Virus record (IMG/VR): IMGVR_UViG_3300032893_000067
Span: 1-52,275 of that record
Source: a virus
Lineage: Duplodnaviria > Caudoviricetes
Reading direction: 5' to 3' (one strand)
Length of the DNA stretch: 52,275 bases
The position numbers and the translations under genes are program-made. Shown here one piece after another: positions 45,701 to 52,275 of this stretch. How positions within the stretch are numbered: the first letter of the stretch is position 1; every line of letters begins with the position of its first letter. The notes below the pieces were generated by a model, which worked only from the letters and a program-made list of their open reading frames with translations, did no database searches and was not told the origin of the DNA.

Positions 45701-45921
45701 GCGCGGCGAATGTTCCATACCAGGGAATTTGTGGTTCTGCTGCAGAATTTGCGGGTGGTGCTCAAAGATTAGGTGTTGTAAGAGTATTTGATTCTACTCA
45801 TTTAGCTCTAGGTTTTAATGATGGAACTAGTAATCTTGAGGATTTTAATTCAGCAAATTTTGCATTTTTTGATCAATCCGGTATTAATTTATCTTTTACG
45901 GCAATGATACCAATAGTTTAA
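42757..45921 (+). CDS. long tail fibre protein
   Basis: Four ~58-aa repeats (VDxxDxTKQIKFDAAG...SSQTxNxxLTLPD), then WQSYTPT...WRRIGD fibre domains. Confidence 0.8.
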   Translation: MAFSFRKFFQGINIVPKTASTASSAGDLDFDTTNNKLNLNNGSSSSPVVTETHADQGTHRLQNKDLDDSTTAVVDSSDTTKQLKFDAAGTTGTSTTLATSQTANRVATLPDQTGTIQVNTVPGLIQNTNLDDTTVFFVDPADQTKKIGFDESGATTGTKTTLISSQTANRQLTLPDTTDTLVARNTSDLLTNKELVDNSIAIVDNSDSSIQIKFDAAGAVSTSTTLLSSQTTNKTLTLPDATDTLVGKNTTDLLTNKSLVDSSTAIVDNADNTKQIKFDAAGTTGTSITLLSSQTTNKVLTLPDATDTLIARNTTDTITNKTPAQDWIADANTRNIGSSATPWNNEFIEGYDDRGQIATPSNPSASRNRFYFKSDNNLYSLDSSGNEKLIGSGSSLSQNFIVLNSSWQPVNTNNADAETSVGNWAAFADPAQSTPTDMTGGSPTVTISRTTTGGEVLNGAASFKVIKDAANRQGEGASCIAYVPLAYRGVVNSIKIPFKIISGSIIQGDLKFYVYDVINSALITPSNNDVIGSSGVIECTFSTLSTTAQIRVGFFFASTSTTAVTFSFDDVFVGPDETVLGPVINDWQSYTPTFTGFGTVSGVSAFWRRIGDSIEVQGLFTSGSSTATSATISLPSGLSLDTSKITTPSQTNTFGFFTRAANASLNSIPSTGYGPWVITDGVGITTDNVYIAVSTTTSSNIYPLANGSAVLASGDSGSFTFKVPIAGWSAGIVQANSSVFKISNFLANGTRVTGTNPATLGEYRTQLRNAGANTYTDTNGAPTISPSVANGMAAYQGNAYSAADTNNNPTRYDIFIGLNKNYTMQWYSSTGRTGNIDVTSSYDSANTSDVGFADMYDPTTGILTINRLTYAGSATGHILAISADGTSVSSPVYFDVIVSDNPLAVQASNSQFNAYSLSITATTTDPTIGTITTNIASYNIIGKMMYIMYNLVTSSAGTNGSGTFKFSIPSGYTIDTNYIFPGAANVPYQGICGSAAEFAGGAQRLGVVRVFDSTHLALGFNDGTSNLEDFNSANFAFFDQSGINLSFTAMIPIV

Positions 45922-45929
45922 GGATATTT

Positions 45930-46088
45930 ATGAAAGCAAAATTAGGAACAGGTACAAGATTTAAAAGACTTAAAGAAGTGCTTGCTAAAAAGGGTGCAAA
46001 AGATCCTGCTGCAGTTGCCGCTGCAATAGGTCGTAAAAAATATGGAAAAGAGCGCTTTCAAAAATTAGCACAAAAAGGAAAGAAATAA
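45930..46088 (+). CDS. small basic protein (not in track)
   Basis: 52 aa MKAKLGTGTRFKRLKEVL...DPAAVAAAIGRKKYGKERF; AAGGA RBS. Confidence 0.75.
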   Translation: MKAKLGTGTRFKRLKEVLAKKGAKDPAAVAAAIGRKKYGKERFQKLAQKGKK

Positions 46089-46089
46089 T

Positions 46090-46275
46090 ATGCCATATAA
46101 ATCAGATGCACAAAGACGTTATTTTCATGCTGCAGCAGAAAGAGGAGATATTCCTAAGAAAACTGTTGAGGAATATGATAAGGCATCAAAAGGTAAAAAA
46201 TTACCAGAATATGTTAAAGGATCAAAAAAACGTTTTAGTCGACTTAAGAAAATGTGGTCAGGTGGGAGTTATTAA
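46090..46275 (+). CDS. small basic protein
   Basis: MPYKSDAQRRYF...KGKKLPE. Confidence 0.75.
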   Translation: MPYKSDAQRRYFHAAAERGDIPKKTVEEYDKASKGKKLPEYVKGSKKRFSRLKKMWSGGSY

Positions 46276-46574
46276 TGGCTTTTAAAAGTGGAAAACAACG
46301 CGGCTGGTTCTTTGAACAACAAAAACAACAAGGTAAACCAAGTATGGCTCAGCCACAACAGCCAAAACCAATGGGACAACCACAAGCAATAAAACCAATA
46401 GCACCTCCATCTTTTCAGCCACAGACTTTACAGAATAAAATCAATTTAAATCATCCAGATTTAGTACATATACATAAAATGCCTGGGATGGGACAAATAA
46501 AGCTAACTCCATCACCGAGTTTACCACAAATACCCAAAGTTCAATTTCCAAAGATAAAGAAACTTATTAAATAG
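46275..46574 (+). CDS. Pro/Gln-rich basic protein
   Basis: TAATG coupling; MAFKSGKQRGWF resembles start of preceding protein. Confidence 0.65.
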   Translation: MAFKSGKQRGWFFEQQKQQGKPSMAQPQQPKPMGQPQAIKPIAPPSFQPQTLQNKINLNHPDLVHIHKMPGMGQIKLTPSPSLPQIPKVQFPKIKKLIK

Positions 46575-46583
46575 GATTATAAG

Positions 46584-46853
46584 ATGCCAAATACAACAAA
46601 ACCAGCCTCAGATTTAGATAGCGGCCAAACTTTACAAAATAGTTTTAATGATGTTAATAGTACAATTAGTACAGATGGTTTTTTAGTTGGTAAAGTTGGA
46701 CGAAGATTTGATCTAGCAATAAGTACGACAAATGTTTCAAATGATACAGAGACTTATTCATTTTCTGAAAGTGGAACAACGCTATATGTAATTCAAATAG
46801 TTTACACCGATGGATCACGTAATACGCCACTTTATGGCTCAAGAATTTCTTAA
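46584..46853 (+). CDS. small virion protein
   Basis: LDSGQTLQNSFND; beta-rich. Confidence 0.65.
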   Translation: MPNTTKPASDLDSGQTLQNSFNDVNSTISTDGFLVGKVGRRFDLAISTTNVSNDTETYSFSESGTTLYVIQIVYTDGSRNTPLYGSRIS

Positions 46854-46862
46854 AGGTATATA

Positions 46863-49289
46863 ATGGGTATTAAATTTAATCCCCTTCTACAAAGTGGTTT
46901 CGATAATACTGGGTCCGGTGGTGGTGGAAGTGGTGTAAACTCCTTAACAAACGTTGGCTCTGCTCCAAATGCCCAAGCCGGTACAATATCTGGTACACTT
47001 TTAACATTACAACCCGCCGATGGAACAAATCCTGGTGCTCTTACTGCCATAGCACAAAATATTGGCGGTAATAAAACATTTCTTGGCGATATAATCATAA
47101 ATGGTTCAACAACATTAAATAGCTCTTTAAATGGACCAATAAGAGCATCTTCTGGATTAATTTCTACAGGTTCAATAAGTCTTATAACAGAAGTATCTGG
47201 CATTCTTCCAATAATTAATGGCGGAACAAATAGTTCTTCTGCTTTAAATAATAATAGATTTATAATTTCAAGTGGTGGGGCAATAGTTGAACAATCTGCT
47301 TTGACTGCAAATCGTGCTGTACAAACAGATGGTTCAGGACTTCCTGCGGTTTCTACAACAACTTCAACTGAATTAGGATACGTCTCAGGTGTAACATCTG
47401 CAATTCAAACACAAATTGATGGTAAAGTAAGTAAATCTGGCGATACAATGACCGGATTTCTCATTCTTAATGCCAATCCAGTTAGTGCTCTTGGCGCTGC
47501 CACAAAGCAATATGTTGACGGTGTTGCATCTGGATTGTCTATTAAATCTCCCGTATTGGTAGCAACTACTGCAGATATTACATTATCGGGTGAACAAACT
47601 ATTGATGGAGTATTAACTTCATCTAGTAGAGTTTTAGTAAAAAATCAAGCAACAGCTTCAGAAAATGGTATTTATGTATCGGCAGCAGGTCCATGGTCTA
47701 GAAGCTCTGATGCAAACACTGGTCCATTATTAGAAGAAGCCTTTGTATTTGTTGAAGAAGGTTCTACACAAGCTGATACTGGATGGGTAAATATAACAAA
47801 TCCTCCCATAACTATTGGTGTTACAGATATTAATTTTGTCCAATTCTCTGGTGCTGGAACATATACAGCCGATGGACAAGGTGTTAAATTAAGTGGTACA
47901 CAATTCTTCTTAAGTCTAGATGGTACTACATTATCTCAATCGGCTTCTGGTGTTAAAGTTGCAACTGGTGGTATTACAAATAATGAAGTTGCTGCTGCCG
48001 CAGCCATTGCTCGCTCTAAAATAGCTAATGGTACTGCAAATCAAGTAGTAGTTAATGATTCATTGGGTGCATTATCCAGTGAAGCTCAATTAGCTATTAG
48101 CCGTGGTGGTACAAATAGTGGTGCTGCTTTAAATAACAATAGATTAATGGTTTCATCTGGTGGTGCAATTGTTGAAGAAGCAGCTATTACAGTAAATAGG
48201 GCTCTTGCATCAAATACTTCTGGATTACCAATTGCTTCTGCTACTACAGATACTGAACTTGGATATTTAAGTGGTGTTACATCTTCAGTTCAAACTCAAT
48301 TAAATAATAAAGCAAATATTGCATTAGATAATCTATCATCCGTCGCAATTAATACAAGCCTTCTTCCTGGATCTGATAATTCTATTAATTTAGGTAGTGC
48401 TTCTTTTAGATGGGCTAATAATCATGCATTAAATCAATTATTATATGGATCAACTTCTGGAGCTATTACATTAAAGGCAGCAGATACAACAACTTCATAT
48501 TCTATAAAATTTCCTAGTTCACAGGGTACAGCAAATGCTGTTTTAACCAATGATGGATCTGGTAATTTAACATGGATAGTTCCTTCTGGAACAGTTTCAA
48601 GTGTTGCTTTTTCAGCAGATCCAATATTTACAGTTTCCGGTTCTCCAATAACAACATCTGGTACTATAACATTAGGACTGGCTAATGAGAATGCCAATAC
48701 TGTTTGGGCCGGTCCTGCTACTGGTTCTCCTGCAACACCAACATTTAGATCATTAGTTAGTGCAGATATACCATTAATTAGTTTAACTAGTGGAGTTAGT
48801 GGAGTATTACCAATAGCAAATGGTGGTACTAATTCCTCTACATCTTTAAATAATAATAGAATAATGGTAAGTTCTGGAGGAGCAGTTGTTGAAGAAGCCG
48901 CGATTACAGCTAATAGAGCATTGGCTTCAAATTCAAATGGTCTTCCTGTAGCATCTGCTACAACTGATACTGAATTAGGATATGTTAGTGGAGTAACTTC
49001 ATCTATACAAACTCAATTAAATGGAAAAATGGCATCATTTAATTGGAATAAAGAAGATATAACATTAAGTGGAACAGATATAACTAATCAATATGTGGAT
49101 TTAGCATTTTTAACTAAATCATATTCTTTATTTCTTTTTGTGGATGGAGTTTCACAAGTTGAAGGTGATGATTATTTATTAAGTAATCCAGGAGCAGTAA
49201 CAAGATTAACTTTTAATAATGGTTTAGCAACTGGTGGAGTATCAGAATTAGTTGCTGGTGATATTTTACATTTAGAATATAGTTATTAA
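46863..49289 (+). CDS. tail fibre-like protein
   Basis: MGIKFNPL start; three NGGTNS...TTDTELGY...QTQ repeats; LSGEQTIDGV...RVLVKNQ...ENGIY module. Confidence 0.8.
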   Translation: MGIKFNPLLQSGFDNTGSGGGGSGVNSLTNVGSAPNAQAGTISGTLLTLQPADGTNPGALTAIAQNIGGNKTFLGDIIINGSTTLNSSLNGPIRASSGLISTGSISLITEVSGILPIINGGTNSSSALNNNRFIISSGGAIVEQSALTANRAVQTDGSGLPAVSTTTSTELGYVSGVTSAIQTQIDGKVSKSGDTMTGFLILNANPVSALGAATKQYVDGVASGLSIKSPVLVATTADITLSGEQTIDGVLTSSSRVLVKNQATASENGIYVSAAGPWSRSSDANTGPLLEEAFVFVEEGSTQADTGWVNITNPPITIGVTDINFVQFSGAGTYTADGQGVKLSGTQFFLSLDGTTLSQSASGVKVATGGITNNEVAAAAAIARSKIANGTANQVVVNDSLGALSSEAQLAISRGGTNSGAALNNNRLMVSSGGAIVEEAAITVNRALASNTSGLPIASATTDTELGYLSGVTSSVQTQLNNKANIALDNLSSVAINTSLLPGSDNSINLGSASFRWANNHALNQLLYGSTSGAITLKAADTTTSYSIKFPSSQGTANAVLTNDGSGNLTWIVPSGTVSSVAFSADPIFTVSGSPITTSGTITLGLANENANTVWAGPATGSPATPTFRSLVSADIPLISLTSGVSGVLPIANGGTNSSTSLNNNRIMVSSGGAVVEEAAITANRALASNSNGLPVASATTDTELGYVSGVTSSIQTQLNGKMASFNWNKEDITLSGTDITNQYVDLAFLTKSYSLFLFVDGVSQVEGDDYLLSNPGAVTRLTFNNGLATGGVSELVAGDILHLEYSY

Positions 49290-49304
49290 TTTAAGGAGAT
49301 AAAA

Positions 49305-51152
49305 ATGGCACAGATTAAGAAAAAATTTATTGGCAATAATCAAGTAGATGATACCAAAATTAGATTATCTAATAATGGACCATTAAAAGCAAGAAATGCT
49401 GCTGATAGTGGTGATGTTAATATTGTTAAAGTTAATACCAGTGATCAAGTCGATTTTCTTGGTAACCAACTTAAAAATCTAGCAGATCCAACTTTAGCAC
49501 AAGATGCGGCAACAAAGGCATATGTTGATTCTGCTTCAGGATCAGGGGCAAATACTTCATTAAGTAATCTTACAACTACTTCTATAAATCAAGATTTACT
49601 TCCTGATACAACAGATACAAGATCACTTGGATCTTCTAGTGATTCTTGGTTGAATACTTACACAAAAAATATTTCTTCTACGTCAACTGATGCTCTATCA
49701 CTTCAAAGTTTAAATCAAACTGGGTCTACTTCATCTGCTGCAGCTTCTCTTAAAACTGGTACTACGGTAAATGGAGCTAGTGGTCAGGTAACAATTGCAT
49801 CAGGAACTCCATCAGGAACTGGGGCATCTGGTAATATTTCAGCCATTACTGGCGGTATAAATCAAGCTAGTAGTGCAAATACCGGAAACGTATCAATTGG
49901 TTCTGGTGGACAGAATAATGCTAGTGCTATTGGTAATACTGGACAAGTATCACTATTTTCTGGAAGTATGTCTTCTGGTTCTACAGGAAATACAGGACAA
50001 GTTAATATAGCAACTGGAGTATCGCATACCGGAAATTCTGGGTACATTTTTATTCAATCTGGTCAATCAGATTCAGGTGGAACAACTGGCGATATCAATA
50101 TCTTAACAGGAATTACATCAGGTACTCAAGGTAAAATATCTCTCAATGGTGCTTATACAGATAATAATAGTAAACAGATTAAGAATGTAGCTGATCCTAC
50201 ATCAGCTCAAGATGCTGCTACAAAGAATTATGTAGATACTCTTTCACAAAGTCTTACATGGAAAAATGCAGTAAGATCAGCAACAACTGGGGCACTTCCA
50301 GCTTATATATATGCTAATGGTGCTAGTGGTGTTGGAGCAACTATTACAGCAAATGCAAATGGTGCATTACCTGCTCAAGATGGTGTTACACTAGTTTTAA
50401 ATGATAGATTACTTGTTAAAAATGAAACTGCTGGCAATCAGCCATATAATGGTATCTATACTGTAACACAAGTTGGAGATGGATCTAATCCATTTATTCT
50501 AACTCGTGCAACAGATATGGATCTTTCAAGTGAATTCTTCTCTGCGGCATGTCAAGTTGGACCAGAAGCTTCAACACAAGCTGGTTATGGATTTAGACAA
50601 AATACTGCAAACCCAATTACTGTTGGAACTACAAATATTACATTTATTAATTTTGTAATTGGTACTTCTTATACATTTAATAATGGTCTAACACTTTCTG
50701 GAAGTACAGTAAATGTTGTTCCTGGTGATGCTTCATTATCTGCTTCTCCCGGAAGTTTATCGGTTCAAGAAGATCCTGCTGGTGCAATTGTAACTAGTGG
50801 ATCTGGTATTAAAGTACAAGTAGAATCTTCAACACAAAAGATTAATGGTTCTAATCAAATTGAAGGTCTAAAAGATAATCAAGAACAAATTACTCTTTCT
50901 GGAACTGATATTACTAATCAATATGTAGATCTTGCTCATGCTGTTTATGGTACCTCAGCATCTGTTAATTCAATTACATTATCTGTAATTGGTGGATTAA
51001 TTCAACAAAAAACAGTTGATTATACAGTTTCATTAACTGGTGGTAGTGGTGGTGTTACAAGAATAACATTTGCTGGAGATTTAGCTACTGGTGGTGCAGC
51101 AGAATTAGTTGCTGGTGACATACTTGTAATAGAGTACAGTTATTTGACATAA
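49305..51152 (+). CDS. tail fibre-like protein
   Basis: ADPTxAQDAATKxYVD repeats; G-x-(V/I)-x-I-x-(S/T)G ladder; RLLVKNE...NGIY module. Confidence 0.8.
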   Translation: MAQIKKKFIGNNQVDDTKIRLSNNGPLKARNAADSGDVNIVKVNTSDQVDFLGNQLKNLADPTLAQDAATKAYVDSASGSGANTSLSNLTTTSINQDLLPDTTDTRSLGSSSDSWLNTYTKNISSTSTDALSLQSLNQTGSTSSAAASLKTGTTVNGASGQVTIASGTPSGTGASGNISAITGGINQASSANTGNVSIGSGGQNNASAIGNTGQVSLFSGSMSSGSTGNTGQVNIATGVSHTGNSGYIFIQSGQSDSGGTTGDINILTGITSGTQGKISLNGAYTDNNSKQIKNVADPTSAQDAATKNYVDTLSQSLTWKNAVRSATTGALPAYIYANGASGVGATITANANGALPAQDGVTLVLNDRLLVKNETAGNQPYNGIYTVTQVGDGSNPFILTRATDMDLSSEFFSAACQVGPEASTQAGYGFRQNTANPITVGTTNITFINFVIGTSYTFNNGLTLSGSTVNVVPGDASLSASPGSLSVQEDPAGAIVTSGSGIKVQVESSTQKINGSNQIEGLKDNQEQITLSGTDITNQYVDLAHAVYGTSASVNSITLSVIGGLIQQKTVDYTVSLTGGSGGVTRITFAGDLATGGAAELVAGDILVIEYSYLT

Positions 51153-51176
51153 AAGTAGTACTTAAAGGATATAAAA

Positions 51177-51737
51177 ATGAGTCAATTAACTAAAAAGAAT
51201 ATTGGGGCCAATCAAGTAGATAATACAAAAATCCGTTTATCTAATAACGGATCTTTGAAATCTAGAAATAATTCTGATAGTGCAGATATCAATATTCTAA
51301 AAGTTAATAGTTCAGATTTAGTTGATTTTAATGCAAATAGATTAACTAATTTATCTGATCCATCTAGTGCTCAGGATGCAGCGACTAAAAATTATGTAGA
51401 TACTACTGTTAATTTTACTCCAGGTGATATCTCACAGACATCTTTCACTGCTGCGGATAATCAATCTTCACCTGCAAATGTTACAGGTCTTGCCTTTGCA
51501 AATGGATCTGTTAGAAGTTTCTTTACACAATTAAGTATAGTGCGTAATTCTACATATGCTATTTATAGACTAGAGGGTATCCAAAAAGGGTCTTCTTGGG
51601 AAATGTCACAAAATTATACAGGGGATGATACAGGATTGGTATTTAGTATAACTACTGGCGGCCAGATTCAGTATACGAGTTCTAATACGGGTTTTACAGC
51701 TACCTTAAAATTTAGAGCCCAGGTGACTTCGGTATAA
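51177..51737 (+). CDS. short fibre/adaptor protein
   Basis: N-terminus near-identical to 49305 protein; C-domain like 42259 protein. Confidence 0.7.
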   Translation: MSQLTKKNIGANQVDNTKIRLSNNGSLKSRNNSDSADINILKVNSSDLVDFNANRLTNLSDPSSAQDAATKNYVDTTVNFTPGDISQTSFTAADNQSSPANVTGLAFANGSVRSFFTQLSIVRNSTYAIYRLEGIQKGSSWEMSQNYTGDDTGLVFSITTGGQIQYTSSNTGFTATLKFRAQVTSV

Positions 51738-51739
51738 TA

Positions 51740-51749
51740 TTAACAACTA
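51740..51749 (+). promoter_or_regulatory. putative late promoter box
   Basis: TTAACAACTATATA. Confidence 0.7.
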
Positions 51750-51762
51750 TATATGAGTAATT

Positions 51763-52245
51763 ATGCAAGAAAATAGAGAAATAACAACATTAGATGCAGA
51801 TCAGGTTATAAAGCGTCAATATGATGCCGCTAGTGATGCTCAACGTGTAGTTTTAGTAGGCGGTGGTAATATCGATCTAAGTATTGATAATGCTGGACTT
51901 ATAAACGCTATTAGAGAGGGTTTAAAAGATATTCAACCAGTAATTAATTGGCAAGAACAAAATTATCCTGGATATAGACAGGAGCCTCAACAAGAAATTC
52001 AAACTGTTGAAAAGACTGTATTTATTCCAAAAGTAGAGATTAGAGAGATAGAAAAACAAGTAATTGTTCCTCAGATTGAATATAGAACAATTGAGATAGA
52101 AAAACCTGTTATTGTAAAAGAAACAGTTTATAAGGAAATTAGTACTAATAATTCTAATAATAGCGAGTCAAAGTGGTTAAAGATTATGATTGCCATTCAA
52201 TCTTTAACTATTTTATGTTTAATAGTTAAACTTTTTATAAAGTAA
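51763..52245 (+). CDS. tail-anchored membrane protein with EKxVIV repeats
   Basis: LDADQVIKRQYD start, IEKQVIVP/IEKPVIVK repeats, C-terminal TM. Confidence 0.65.
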   Translation: MQENREITTLDADQVIKRQYDAASDAQRVVLVGGGNIDLSIDNAGLINAIREGLKDIQPVINWQEQNYPGYRQEPQQEIQTVEKTVFIPKVEIREIEKQVIVPQIEYRTIEIEKPVIVKETVYKEISTNNSNNSESKWLKIMIAIQSLTILCLIVKLFIK

Positions 52246-52275
52246 AGGAGAAAACGATGGCATATTTAGTTATTG

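Noticed and set aside
28620-50047. Minus-strand ORFs inside fibre genes and other antisense ORFs in the track
   Set aside because: Shadows of Thr/Ser/Gly-rich codons; no RBS
42757-51737. Diversity-generating retroelement acting on fibres
   Set aside because: No reverse transcriptase in the window; shared blocks are all coding and I saw no adenine-specific TR/VR pair
1-52275. Alternative genetic code or prophage status
   Set aside because: Standard code yields intact terminase, portal and capsid genes; no integrase, repressor or host genes recognised in the window

Overview
AT-rich (roughly 30% GC by eye) segment of a tailed dsDNA phage genome, probably podovirus-like, infecting a Gram-negative host. 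Left arm (1-17.0 kb, minus strand): dense small early genes including ERF recombinase, PD-(D/E)XK exonuclease, deaminase, SPFH protein, c-type cytochrome, subtilase, SLT transglycosylase and an orphan antitoxin domain. A non-coding switch region (about 16.2-17.5 kb) carries a dense cluster of sigma54-type -24/-12 boxes, an IHF consensus and a G-tract. Right arm (plus strand): nucleases, matrixin, HAD and VTC-domain proteins, a reversed lysis cassette, terminase, portal, scaffold, major capsid and modular fibre proteins. It is interrupted by a minus-strand cassette (37.6-41.4 kb) encoding a ~200-nt tRNA-shaped RNA, polynucleotide kinase/phosphatase, RNA ligase and a PagL-like enzyme. The two strongest signals are (1) four distinct promoter classes read directly from the DNA (sigma54, sigma28/FliA, sigma70 and a phage-specific TAACAACTA late box) and (2) the tRNA-mimic plus RNA-repair operon. 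All calls were made by eye; no searches or folding programs were run.
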